Source of the DNA: a virus
Taxonomy: Duplodnaviria > Caudoviricetes
Reading direction: 5' to 3' (one strand)
Virus record (IMG/VR): IMGVR_UViG_3300007516_000025
Coordinates: 1-52,619 of that record
DNA: 52,619 bases
Shown one piece after another: positions 9,674 through 19,943 of this stretch. Both the position numbers and the translations under genes were made by a program. Numbering within the stretch: position 1 is the stretch's first letter; the number at the start of each line of letters is the position of its first letter. The notes under the pieces are model-generated. The model searched no databases, was not told the DNA's origin, and saw only the letters and a program-made list of their open reading frames with translations.

Positions 9674-10373
9674 ATCATTAAAAACTAAGGCGGAAAAACC
9701 TAAAAGAAATAACTATTTCAATGAAAAAACAGAGGCTGCTGTACTTGAATATATTGCCGAAACTGTTCATGAAAAAAGAAATAAAATATTTATTGATAAA
9801 TTAGAGCCTATCTTCAGACATTTAATCACTGGTATTGTAGTTAGAAAGAAATATAGTTATTTACCAGACCTAGAGGCACTAACTAATGATTGTCTTATTT
9901 TTTTGATGTCTATCTTAGATAAGTTTAACCCAGAAAGAGGCTCAAAAGCTTATTCTTATATAACAAGAACGACTATCAATTGGTTTTATCACGAAGCTAA
10001 AAAATATATAAGAAGACAGAGACCTTTTGAAAACAAAATCAGTTTTACCAGCAAGGTTTGTATCAATGGCAGCATCAATGGCATGGTAACACACAATGAA
10101 GCAATACACAATATTGAGAAATCTGAATTTTTTATTGCATTTTATAAATTTTTGGAAAACTTGTCTAGAGATTGTGGTGATGAAAAGTATAAATTATTGA
10201 TTGATTCTGTTGCTGTTATTTTTAAGAATAACGACGAGCTTGAATCATTACAAAAAAAAGATATTAATTGTTATTTGATGCACGTATCTGGCTTAACTCC
10301 TAAAGAAATTTATCATTATTCTACAAAATTTAGAAAAGAATATAAGGGGTTTAAGTTTCAGTGGTTAAATTGA
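9654..10373 (+). CDS. Late-transcription sigma factor, T4 gp55-like
   Basis: NYFNEKTEAAVLEY; region-2-like DCLIFLMSILDKFNPERGSKAYSYITRTTINWF (cf. gp55 F-D/N-P..AFAYFT). Confidence 0.75.
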   Translation: MKNILDKSLKTKAEKPKRNNYFNEKTEAAVLEYIAETVHEKRNKIFIDKLEPIFRHLITGIVVRKKYSYLPDLEALTNDCLIFLMSILDKFNPERGSKAYSYITRTTINWFYHEAKKYIRRQRPFENKISFTSKVCINGSINGMVTHNEAIHNIEKSEFFIAFYKFLENLSRDCGDEKYKLLIDSVAVIFKNNDELESLQKKDINCYLMHVSGLTPKEIYHYSTKFRKEYKGFKFQWLN

Positions 10374-10381
10374 TAATGATT

Positions 10382-10389
10382 CTAATTAA
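10382..10389 (+). promoter_or_regulatory. Candidate late promoter CTAATTAA
   Basis: Intergenic, just before ATG 10395; the same octamer recurs upstream of several other genes. Confidence 0.5.
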
Positions 10390-10394
10390 TATTT

Positions 10395-10742
10395 ATGACA
10401 AAGAAAAAAACAGTACTAAAACGAGACAACACTAGAGTTGTTGCAAAGATCTTTGAAACGATTAATAAAGACCGGGAAGACGCGTTTAAGACGTTTAGTG
10501 AGTTTAGTAAGACATTAGCCTATATAGACGTGGAAACGAACCCAGACGCATACGCCAAAGCGTCTAATTCACTTGTAAAGGTGATAGAAGCCATGCAAAA
10601 ATCTACTCAACAGATGATAGATGTATTTGGCGTATATTCAAAATCTGGTGATATTGATGAAGGTGAAATAGAAAAAGATTTCTACGATCAACTTTACAGC
10701 AATGAAACAGTTGAAATGGAGCCTTCCAAAGATAATGAATAA
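10395..10742 (+). CDS. Hypothetical helical protein (weakly reminiscent of gp16-type small terminase)
   Basis: 115 aa with two long amphipathic helices; function is a guess. Confidence 0.7.
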   Translation: MTKKKTVLKRDNTRVVAKIFETINKDREDAFKTFSEFSKTLAYIDVETNPDAYAKASNSLVKVIEAMQKSTQQMIDVFGVYSKSGDIDEGEIEKDFYDQLYSNETVEMEPSKDNE

Positions 10743-12312
10743 TTTTAATGATTTAGAAAAAAACTTTGATTTTGGTCAATTAAATAAATTCGATCCAAAA
10801 TATGGGGGCGGGAAAAAGATTGGAAGTTCCAATAACTTATCTTATAACGAGGCTATTAATCTTGTAATTGAAGATAAATTTAAACCAGATGCTCTTTCAT
10901 CGATTTCTGAATATATTGGTTATGTTTTATACAATAGACAAGAAAATATTGAATCTTATTTTAATTTTGCTGATATTATCTCTAGAAAATTAAGTAATTC
11001 CCCTAGAGCTCGGGTCAATATTATTGTGAGAATACCAGAACTGCATACAGTATTACCTATTCCTGATAATGATAACGATATAGATATAATAGGAATGTAT
11101 CCATCTTTTTCTGGAGCTGATGTTATATTGCCGGGTATTGGTGATTTGGTAAGAGTTAAGTTTACTAATATTTACAACCAAACAGACGGCATTTATATTG
11201 GACCCTATGATTCTGGTGGGATAGTATTAAACACCACCACAGGTGCTACTAGTGTTGCCATTGTTACCGATGCAAGTAATCAAAAAGAGACAGATGCTGA
11301 CAAGATCCCTTTATCATTAACAGATCCAAGTTATAATGAAAAAATAAAAGAACTCGCAAAAGAGTATTATTTTGCCGAGGGTAAAGCCGCAAAAAATATA
11401 TCAAATTTTCAAAAACCAAATTTTATTGAAAGGGAAATTACATTTAATTTTCAAAGAAGACCTCTCCCTGTCAATACTTTAGTAATTCATGAATCAACAG
11501 GTGATCGTGTAATTGAACTAGAGAATGCTCTTTTGAAAAATGGCACAGGTGTACATTTTTGTATTGATATATTAGGTAACATATTTTCTTATAATGATCC
11601 ATTGGTTCAGGTTTACCATGCATCTGCTTGTAATCCAAGATCTATAGGTATAGAAGTTTTAACAGCTGTTCGTCAAGGTAATATGGATTCTGGATTGACT
11701 CAAGCAAATATAGATTTGTTTAATCAAAAGAATATTAATATTGAAGAATTTAAAAAAGTCAGATCAAATAGGACAGTACTTTTGGGAGACGAGGCTGCTT
11801 TTACATCTCCCTCTCCTACAGTTTATGAAAGAGTAAATGGCAAAAAAACAACGAAGGTATTACAGCATTCTTTCAATAGTTTCGTTGTTCCTCCGCTTAA
11901 ACAACTAGAGGCTACATATCAAGTAGCTAGATATGTTTGTGGGAAGTACAATATACCAGTATCGTTTCCTGGGACTAGTATAAAAAATCATACATTCAAA
12001 TGGACGGTAGATAAAAAATGTAAAGATGGTACTGGAATTATGTCCCATCATCAATTTGGAGATCATTCTGATGGTACTTTTATTCTTCACTATGTTCTTT
12101 GTAGATTCAATGATTACTCTAAAGAAGAATCATTGAATTTAACTTTGAAGGCAGCGAAAATAGTTAAACAAAACAGGAATCAACCTATCCCCAGACCAGG
12201 AAATACTGTATCTAAAGTAGAATCATCTTCACAGTCAAAATCAAAAACTGTTTGGAATAATAATATAGTGACAAAGAAGGTACCAGGGTTGCCTTCTTGG
12301 GTATTAAAATAA
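10735..12312 (+). CDS. Baseplate hub/gp5-like protein with N-acetylmuramoyl-L-alanine amidase (Amidase_2) domain
   Basis: Start MNNFND at 10735; OB-like VRIPELH..LPGIGDLVRVKF; amidase motifs LVIHES, GVHFCID..G, YHA..NPRSIGIE, IMSH..HSDG. Confidence 0.78.
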   Translation: MNNFNDLEKNFDFGQLNKFDPKYGGGKKIGSSNNLSYNEAINLVIEDKFKPDALSSISEYIGYVLYNRQENIESYFNFADIISRKLSNSPRARVNIIVRIPELHTVLPIPDNDNDIDIIGMYPSFSGADVILPGIGDLVRVKFTNIYNQTDGIYIGPYDSGGIVLNTTTGATSVAIVTDASNQKETDADKIPLSLTDPSYNEKIKELAKEYYFAEGKAAKNISNFQKPNFIEREITFNFQRRPLPVNTLVIHESTGDRVIELENALLKNGTGVHFCIDILGNIFSYNDPLVQVYHASACNPRSIGIEVLTAVRQGNMDSGLTQANIDLFNQKNINIEEFKKVRSNRTVLLGDEAAFTSPSPTVYERVNGKKTTKVLQHSFNSFVVPPLKQLEATYQVARYVCGKYNIPVSFPGTSIKNHTFKWTVDKKCKDGTGIMSHHQFGDHSDGTFILHYVLCRFNDYSKEESLNLTLKAAKIVKQNRNQPIPRPGNTVSKVESSSQSKSKTVWNNNIVTKKVPGLPSWVLK

Positions 12313-13187
12313 TGGAAGAATACAAAAGAAACTTAAAGAAATTCAAAGAAAATGGACATGGTGTAGGGTGTACTGATTTACCCGAACCACAAGCGGAATT
12401 TAATCAAGCTGATTGTGAAAAAGTCATAGACGGGAAAAACAATGCATCCATTGTTTTAGGGAGAGATAGACCCAAGGGTGTTTTTTCCGGCTATGGTGGC
12501 GCAGGTTTGGAAAACTGTGGTTCTATTGACCTTGTTGTTGGTCGTGTTGGTGGTATTGACAAGTTAAAACTCAAAGAGGATAATACTAAAGTTAATAACG
12601 ATTATTTTTTAGATGCCGCTAGAATATTGGTAGTTCAAAAAACGAATGCTGATGAAAATCTTAAATTAGCTAAGGGTAAAGTAGGAAATTCTTTTGGCAA
12701 ATCAGCCGCTATTATAAAAGCAGACGAGGTTAGAATAGTTTCTCGTAATGGAGTAAAGATTGTCACAGGAACAGATAAATATGATTCAAATGGCATACTG
12801 ATAAATACTTTGTCTGGTATTGATTTGATTGCTAATAACGACGACAAAGACCTCCAACCAATAGTACTTGGCGAAAATTTAAAAGAATGTCTATCTGATA
12901 TTATGTCTGATTTAAGAAAAACGTATTCTGAAATTACTACTATATATGAAATTCTGACTACTTTAGCAACTGTAATGGCAACGCACGTCCACGCTGTGGC
13001 CCCGCTAGCGCCTCTCACGGCCCCAAGCATCGAAATGGCAGCTGCTAGCGCAACAGCTAACGCCCAAGCCGGTCTTCATATTATAGATACTGCTATATCA
13101 GCTTCAAAAAATGCAGCTAATGCGGTTAAATACTTAGAAGTATTTAGCACAAAATATATTAATAGTAAATTTAACAATTCTAATTAA
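12312..13187 (+). CDS. Baseplate central spike, gp5 C-terminal-like
   Basis: IVLGRDR, IDLVVGR, ADEVRIVSR beta-rich repeats; QPIVLGENL; HxH tip motif THVH; TAATG overlap with the upstream gene. Confidence 0.7.
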   Translation: MEEYKRNLKKFKENGHGVGCTDLPEPQAEFNQADCEKVIDGKNNASIVLGRDRPKGVFSGYGGAGLENCGSIDLVVGRVGGIDKLKLKEDNTKVNNDYFLDAARILVVQKTNADENLKLAKGKVGNSFGKSAAIIKADEVRIVSRNGVKIVTGTDKYDSNGILINTLSGIDLIANNDDKDLQPIVLGENLKECLSDIMSDLRKTYSEITTIYEILTTLATVMATHVHAVAPLAPLTAPSIEMAAASATANAQAGLHIIDTAISASKNAANAVKYLEVFSTKYINSKFNNSN

Positions 13188-13191
13188 AAAT

Positions 13192-15465
13192 ATGTCTGAA
13201 GAACAAAAACAAAATCTATCCCAATATTTATCTTCGGTCCAAGAGACCGAAGTATCTGATTTACATTTGTTCTCAAATGCTGTAGAGGGGTACTCTACAA
13301 ATATTGAAAATGATATTAATCCTTATATTTTTGATTTTGTGGCATTGACACCTGATATAAGAAAAATTTTTCTCATAAAAATAATAAAACCTTTAGAAAA
13401 AAGAAAAATTGATTATGCAGAAATTGAACTAATAAGAATAAAGTTATTAAAAAAAATAAAAGAAAAATATGAATTAGATTATGAAATTGATAATAATTCT
13501 TTACAATTTTTAAACTTTCATTATCCTAAATTTAGCTATGATTTTGTGACTTACAACTATGCAGGCTTTTATGATACTATCATATTAGAAGAAAAACAAC
13601 CAACAGAAGCAGCTCCACCAGAAGAAAATTTATCTTCAGTAAATAAAGAAAAACCAGAAGAAAAACCAGAAGAAATAGTAGATGATACCTTTATCAGAAA
13701 ACAACAGATTGATGATTATAAAAATATTTTAACATCTAGAGAAAATCGCATTGATATAGGTGATAGGCTGAAGAGAGGTTTGGGTAATTCTATTGTTAGT
13801 GCTACTACTGGCGTAAAAGTGGTTGTGCCATGGAAAATAGATACCTCTATAAACGGTATTTATAATAATTTTTTTAGCAAGTTCGATTTAGGGCAATTGA
13901 TCGGTAGATTCCTCAACGATTTAAGAACTTTAGACCCTACCATAGAATGCATCATTGACTCGGGTTCTCGATTTGTAAATAATCCTAATATTTGGGATTA
14001 TTTACAAATCCCAAATACTGTCAAAATAGGTAATTTAATACTACCAGCTTTTGATATGAATGCATTTATAAGCGATACAACAAGTATATTTAATTTTTAT
14101 GATTCAATAGTAGAATTTTTACTTAGACAGATAACAAATTATATTGTATTAAACTTTATTTCAGTTTTTGATTTTGCATCTGGATTTATTAATGGACTAA
14201 TAGATGAATATGTTGATCCAAATAACACATATAGCTTTATTAAAAACAGAGGAATAAGTTTAGTAAATAAAGATACTTCTGTTCCTAGTTCTCACTATAA
14301 ATATATGCCTATTGATTTTGATATTAAAACATATGTTTTAAAAAACAAAAATGAGGAAGAAATTAAACAATTATTATCTGATTTTGGTTTCGAATTGAGT
14401 TTCGAGCAATTAATTGATATAATTAAAAATCTTTTTCGTAATTTTAATATAAACCAATTGAAATCTATTGTCGGTGATGAATACAATTCATCAATGTACT
14501 TTATTATAAAACAAGTTATTTTACTTGTTATAAAAAACTTTGATTTACCGGAAGAAAGTTATCAAGGCATATTATTAATCTTACAAGCACTTATGGATAA
14601 AGATAGTTTCGAACAAAGCGAGGCGACTCTAGACAATTGTCTCCACTATGATCCATATGATGATTTGACTGCAAGGCTCGGAGAACTTGGGTATGAAAAT
14701 GATATCATTGTTGAAATTTTAAGCCTACAAAAAGATTCAGCTCGTAAAAATATGACTATGATGTGCAAAATTTTAAAGGGCGAACTTTTTAAACCTGATA
14801 TTAAAAAATATTCTAACCCAAAAATACAGGCAATATTGGAAAAAAATGTAGATAATGTTATGTCTATATTATCTATTAATAAATATGGAACACTTTTAAG
14901 CAGTTTAGAAGATTATTATTATAAAGCTAACGGTAATGCTCTCATTGGTTCTATAATTTTTGATTTAAATACTAGTAATAGATACAAAACAGAAATCTCA
15001 GAAAAATATAAATCCAAACTTGATGATTTAGGATTAATATATTCAAAAATAAAACAAGACTTCCCAGAAAAATATAAATCCAATAAACAATTTGGTGAAT
15101 TGACAAGAATAGAATCTTTCAGATTTTCAAATGAAAATTTTGATTTAGGAGTATCTGATCAAAATTTAGCGATAACGTATAAAGAAAATTCATATTCTTA
15201 CATTTATAGACGAAATAATGCAAATTTACAAGACATTATTTCAAACAGTCCTCTGTCCCTTGAAATCAAAGAAATATTTTTTAATAATCTTAAAAATATT
15301 GTTATTTTAACAACAGAAGACTTGGTTAATGAATTTTATATTGAGGAATATATAAAATTCAATATAAATTTAGAAGATAGTCTGAAGTTTAAATATATAT
15401 CAAATTTAGATAAGATAATAAATATAGATGGTATAAAGACAAATATTAAGAGAGAATTAGAATGA
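13192..15465 (+). CDS. Hypothetical protein (probable virion structural)
   Basis: 757-aa ORF between spike and gp25; CTAATTAA at 13180-13187. Confidence 0.8.
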   Translation: MSEEQKQNLSQYLSSVQETEVSDLHLFSNAVEGYSTNIENDINPYIFDFVALTPDIRKIFLIKIIKPLEKRKIDYAEIELIRIKLLKKIKEKYELDYEIDNNSLQFLNFHYPKFSYDFVTYNYAGFYDTIILEEKQPTEAAPPEENLSSVNKEKPEEKPEEIVDDTFIRKQQIDDYKNILTSRENRIDIGDRLKRGLGNSIVSATTGVKVVVPWKIDTSINGIYNNFFSKFDLGQLIGRFLNDLRTLDPTIECIIDSGSRFVNNPNIWDYLQIPNTVKIGNLILPAFDMNAFISDTTSIFNFYDSIVEFLLRQITNYIVLNFISVFDFASGFINGLIDEYVDPNNTYSFIKNRGISLVNKDTSVPSSHYKYMPIDFDIKTYVLKNKNEEEIKQLLSDFGFELSFEQLIDIIKNLFRNFNINQLKSIVGDEYNSSMYFIIKQVILLVIKNFDLPEESYQGILLILQALMDKDSFEQSEATLDNCLHYDPYDDLTARLGELGYENDIIVEILSLQKDSARKNMTMMCKILKGELFKPDIKKYSNPKIQAILEKNVDNVMSILSINKYGTLLSSLEDYYYKANGNALIGSIIFDLNTSNRYKTEISEKYKSKLDDLGLIYSKIKQDFPEKYKSNKQFGELTRIESFRFSNENFDLGVSDQNLAITYKENSYSYIYRRNNANLQDIISNSPLSLEIKEIFFNNLKNIVILTTEDLVNEFYIEEYIKFNINLEDSLKFKYISNLDKIINIDGIKTNIKRELE

Positions 15466-16433
15466 AAACAGTAGAAGAAACCTCACAAATTTATGTAAAT
15501 AATTTATTAGATCTATATTGTAGAGTATTTCTCCTAAAAGAAAATATGCATCTGCTCGGCACACTTGGTCAATATGGGTCTAAAATTTCATCTGAATTTA
15601 TTGTTGATAATATATTATCAACAATAGAGCCAACAATAATAAGTGTTTTTTCAGAACTTAATAAGAATATCAAAGAATATTTATTGAGGAATTTTCTTCA
15701 TATTGTCAATAATATAAAAGCACTAAACAGCAACATAAGTCCAATAAATATTTCTGATGTTGAAATTGATATGAATCACGTTGACTTCGAACAGCAAAAA
15801 TTTAAAAATACATATAATATTGAAAAATACATTATAGTGGAAGACACTGATATTAACGACGAAAACTTCCAAAACAGACAATATTTTTATAAAAACAAAG
15901 TAAACTCATCAATATTCTATTATTATGTTGAGAACTTTCTCGACGGACAGTATAAAAAATATTTTAAATCAATAAAGATGGGGGCGAGACTAAATTTTAT
16001 AATTAAAGAAGAAGATTTCAAGGGGAAGTTTTTAATCGAAGATTTAAAACAAGAAACAAGTAATTATAGAGAAAAAAACTGGATTTTGTTTCATAATAAT
16101 TTTACAGATTTTATTTTTTCTATAGAATTGTCAAAAACAGAATCTGTAAATCTTGCGACTGATTTAAATTCTGACGAATTACTGGGGCAGTTTATAAATG
16201 CTAACTCATATGAAATTTATGACGAAAGAGTCAATACTATATTAATGACATCTAATCAAATAATTTCTGAAACTTCTTCGTCTGATGTTTCAGAAATTAT
16301 TTCTTATATTAAAAATGATATAAATAACCAAACTATCAAAAATGTTCTTGAAGAGAATAAAGATTTTAATTCTTTGTGTTCTGATATTTTGGCATTAATT
16401 AAAAAATACCAAAATTATAAAGAATTAAATTAA
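15462..16433 (+). CDS. Hypothetical protein
   Basis: 323-aa ORF with ATGA overlap. Confidence 0.8.
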   Translation: MKTVEETSQIYVNNLLDLYCRVFLLKENMHLLGTLGQYGSKISSEFIVDNILSTIEPTIISVFSELNKNIKEYLLRNFLHIVNNIKALNSNISPINISDVEIDMNHVDFEQQKFKNTYNIEKYIIVEDTDINDENFQNRQYFYKNKVNSSIFYYYVENFLDGQYKKYFKSIKMGARLNFIIKEEDFKGKFLIEDLKQETSNYREKNWILFHNNFTDFIFSIELSKTESVNLATDLNSDELLGQFINANSYEIYDERVNTILMTSNQIISETSSSDVSEIISYIKNDINNQTIKNVLEENKDFNSLCSDILALIKKYQNYKELN

Positions 16434-16801
16434 TGCCAATACCAATAGATACAAAACTTCCCCTAAATATTAACACCAAAGATGGGTTTTATAGTTCCAA
16501 TACAGATATAAGGGATTCAGTAAAACAAAGTCTTAAGATGTTGTTTCTTACATCAAAAGGGGAAAGAATTCGTGATATTGATTTCGGTATTGGTGTACAC
16601 AAATTTTTATTTGAAATAGAGCAAATACTTGAGTTTAATGATGATTTGTCTTCTGAAATTCGCCGGCAAATAAGTAAATATATGCCGTACATTAAAATAA
16701 TTGACCTATCCGTTAAAACACAGGAAGAAAAGTTTAATATAAAATTGTTTTACAATATATCTAATATGAATATATCAGATAGTTTAACTTTAGAGGTATA
16801 A
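16433..16801 (+). CDS. Baseplate wedge subunit / sheath initiator, gp25-like
   Basis: VKQSLKMLFLTSKGERIRDIDFGIG..FLFE..ISKYMPYI signature. Confidence 0.9.
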   Translation: MPIPIDTKLPLNINTKDGFYSSNTDIRDSVKQSLKMLFLTSKGERIRDIDFGIGVHKFLFEIEQILEFNDDLSSEIRRQISKYMPYIKIIDLSVKTQEEKFNIKLFYNISNMNISDSLTLEV

Positions 16802-16802
16802 T

Positions 16803-18575
16803 ATGACACAAAAAAAAGCACTTTCACTCACAGATAAAGATTTTGACTCAATCAGGCAAGCCTGTCTGTTTTATGCAAAAAAATATTATCCTGATTCATA
16901 TAAAAACCTTTCATCGACTTCATTCGGTTCTATGATTTTTGATATATTTTCTGATATTGGTGATAACTTGTCATATTATATTGATTATAATACTAATGAA
17001 TCCTTATTAGAAAACGCTGTAGAATTTAGAAACATTGAAAAAATTTCTAAACAAATGGGATTAAAATTTACAGGAAGTCACGCAACGTACTCAACTATTG
17101 ATATTTTTGTGTTGATTCCTGCTTCAGCTAATCGCTTACCGAATAATGGATTATTACCCATTATTCGAAAGGGTAGCACTGTTAGTTCCGACGGAGCCTC
17201 TGTATTTACCATAAATGAGGATATCGATTTTACCAATGGTGAAATAAGTTTTGCTGTATCGGATGTTGACAGCAATGGGTATCCAACATCATTTGCTGTT
17301 AAAAAGAGTGGTCAAATTGTGTCTGGGGAATCTGTTCAGAAAAAATATGATATTGGCTCTATTGAAGGGTTTGTTAAAATTCCAATTTTAGATTCAAATT
17401 TTATACATGTTGAATCCGTTTTTGATTCTAGTGGTAATGAGTATCATCAAGTGGATAGTTTATCTCAGTCAATCATTCAACAGAAAGTCCCTAATTCCAA
17501 CATAAACTCTTCCAGTGATCCAAAGTTTTTCTTGAAAAACCAATACGTTTCAAGAAAATTTATTGTTGATAAATCTGGCGATATTTATTTTATTATATTT
17601 GGTAATGGTAAAGAGGATACAATTAGCGATTCTTCTGAACTACTGTTGGATTTGTATGGCAGAGAACAGAACAAAAGCAGTTATTTTGACCCATTAAAAC
17701 TTGTTACAAACAATACAATGGGGATTTCTCCTGCAAACACTACAGTTACTGTCTCTTACAGAACTTCTGGTGGCAATAACTCAAATGTAAGTATTGGCTC
17801 TATCAACAAGGTAAACAATGTTTTAATAGACTTTGATAGTTCCGTGACAGAATTACAAAGAAGAGCTGTTACCTCTTCAGTTGAAGTCACTAACCCCGAG
17901 CAGATCAGTGGTTCTAGAGATATTAAGTTTTCAGAAGAAATGAAATATTTAGCTTATGGATCATACGGATCTCAAAATAGAGCCGTTACTAGAAGTGATT
18001 ATGAATTTATTTGTTATAACATGAACCCAGAATTTGGCAGTGTAAAAAGAGCAAGCGCACTTATTGACAATTCATCATTCAATAAAATGATAAATATTTA
18101 TGTAATTTCTGAGGATTTAAGCACCTCGAACCTTATGCTCACAAGTAAAAGCATAAAAAATAATTTAAAAAATCATATTATGAAATATAATATGATGAAC
18201 GATACAATCAATATTGTAGATTCAAAAGTAGTCAATTTAAAAATTGAATTTAATGCTCTTGTTGTTCAAAATAAAAGTAAATTTGATATTTTACAAGAGT
18301 GCTATATGGAATTAAAAAAATTGTATGTAATAAAACACCAAATTGGAGAACCGTTAATTATATCAGATATTTATAAGGTATTAAATGATTTACCAAACGT
18401 AATAGATATCACAAATGTAATAATTAAATCTGTTGTTGGGAGTAATTATAATTACAATTCATTTGATATTGATGAAAATTTAACATCAGATGAAAATATA
18501 CTCATGTGCCCAGAAGATACAATATTTGAAATTAAATACCTTGATAAAGATATTAAAGGCATTATAATACAATAA
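16803..18575 (+). CDS. Baseplate wedge protein, gp6-like
   Basis: DKDFDSIR N-terminus, LSYYID..NE..L, IIFGNG, SQNRAVTRSDY. Confidence 0.9.
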   Translation: MTQKKALSLTDKDFDSIRQACLFYAKKYYPDSYKNLSSTSFGSMIFDIFSDIGDNLSYYIDYNTNESLLENAVEFRNIEKISKQMGLKFTGSHATYSTIDIFVLIPASANRLPNNGLLPIIRKGSTVSSDGASVFTINEDIDFTNGEISFAVSDVDSNGYPTSFAVKKSGQIVSGESVQKKYDIGSIEGFVKIPILDSNFIHVESVFDSSGNEYHQVDSLSQSIIQQKVPNSNINSSSDPKFFLKNQYVSRKFIVDKSGDIYFIIFGNGKEDTISDSSELLLDLYGREQNKSSYFDPLKLVTNNTMGISPANTTVTVSYRTSGGNNSNVSIGSINKVNNVLIDFDSSVTELQRRAVTSSVEVTNPEQISGSRDIKFSEEMKYLAYGSYGSQNRAVTRSDYEFICYNMNPEFGSVKRASALIDNSSFNKMINIYVISEDLSTSNLMLTSKSIKNNLKNHIMKYNMMNDTINIVDSKVVNLKIEFNALVVQNKSKFDILQECYMELKKLYVIKHQIGEPLIISDIYKVLNDLPNVIDITNVIIKSVVGSNYNYNSFDIDENLTSDENILMCPEDTIFEIKYLDKDIKGIIIQ

Positions 18576-18584
18576 GGATTCACA

Positions 18585-19943
18585 ATGTCAATTAAAAGAA
18601 TTTATGCATCAAAAGATTGTAGTATCTCGGATGTTTTAGTAAATAACAAAAGAATTCAGGATTCAAACGATGGAGCTTCAGACTCTTTGCAAGTTTTTTC
18701 TATATATGGAAGACCTCGTTCGGGTGTTTTTGAAGATACAGAAAAGAGCAGAATTCTTATTCATTTTGATATGGATGAATTTATTGATTTCAACAGTGAG
18801 CAGGTTTTAGATAATGATCCGAAATATTATCTAAAATTATTTGATGTAAAACATCACCAAACAACACCTTCTAACTTCACTGTTGTTGTCAATCCACTAA
18901 ATTCAGAGTTCTATGAAGGAGTTGGTCTTGATCAAGATAATTTTACAGATAAATCAGAGTCAAATTGGAATGATAGATTTTCCGGGGCATCTTGGGTATT
19001 GCCGGGTGGGGACTATAATTCTTTGTATGAATATACTCAGACTTTTTCTCATGAAAGTCAAAATTTATCAATAGATATTACCGAACTAGTTGAACTTTGG
19101 TTGTCTGATGCTCTTACAAATAACGGTATTATTATAAGAATTTCAGAAGATGAAGAAGAGTCTACAGAATCGTTTTTCAAAAAGAAATTTTCATCAAGGA
19201 CAAGTGAATATTTTTTCTCTCAACCAATTATAGAAAGAGTTGATCATGTTTCCACACTTAACTCTAGTGAAAAGTTTTCATTAAGATCAAGTGATTCTGT
19301 GGTTCATGATAATGTTATTACGTTTGAAAATAAATATTTCGATAATTTCCTTGATGTAGATTCAACAAATAACATTGTGGTCAACTTTTATACAGATAAT
19401 TTAAAGCAAGATCTCTTATTTTCTAAAGTTGGAAGCAGAATCGTTCAAGGATTTTATTCCACTTCGTTTTCAACAGATACAGAATACGGATTTTTATATA
19501 TAGATTGGGTATCTCTAGATACCACAAAATTATTTAAATCACAAACCATAGAAATTTTCGATTATTTAAGTTATTACTCAAGTGAAAAAATTAAAATAAA
19601 TATTCAGAATTTTAAAAAATCATATAATACTTTTGAAAAAATTAAATTTAATTTATTTACGAAATGCTTAACAAATAAACAAAACTATTATACAAAATTT
19701 ATCGAAGAAGATGATAATATTATATTAAATAATATGAGATTTAAACTTAGAAGAGTCGTTGACGGTTTAATTATTTTTGATTATGATCACGAAAATAATT
19801 CAACAAAATTAAATTGGGATTCAAATGGCAATTGGTTCAAATTAGATATTTCTCTGCTTGAACCAAATTATATGTATGAGCTATCATTTAAAAACTATAA
19901 CTCTGAACTCGGTGAAAAATTTAAATTTAAGGCGACAAAATAA
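18585..19943 (+). CDS. Virion structural protein with DNRLRE-like beta-sandwich
   Basis: SRILIHFD, SNW...WVLPGGDY, DITELVELW..NNGIII; located in the baseplate block. Confidence 0.7.
   Translation: MSIKRIYASKDCSISDVLVNNKRIQDSNDGASDSLQVFSIYGRPRSGVFEDTEKSRILIHFDMDEFIDFNSEQVLDNDPKYYLKLFDVKHHQTTPSNFTVVVNPLNSEFYEGVGLDQDNFTDKSESNWNDRFSGASWVLPGGDYNSLYEYTQTFSHESQNLSIDITELVELWLSDALTNNGIIIRISEDEEESTESFFKKKFSSRTSEYFFSQPIIERVDHVSTLNSSEKFSLRSSDSVVHDNVITFENKYFDNFLDVDSTNNIVVNFYTDNLKQDLLFSKVGSRIVQGFYSTSFSTDTEYGFLYIDWVSLDTTKLFKSQTIEIFDYLSYYSSEKIKINIQNFKKSYNTFEKIKFNLFTKCLTNKQNYYTKFIEEDDNIILNNMRFKLRRVVDGLIIFDYDHENNSTKLNWDSNGNWFKLDISLLEPNYMYELSFKNYNSELGEKFKFKATK

Noticed and set aside
14999-15083. 19-bp direct repeat CAGAAAAATATAAATCCAA
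   Set aside because: In-frame, encodes a repeated EKYKS peptide in AT-rich DNA; no evidence for att or mobile-element function
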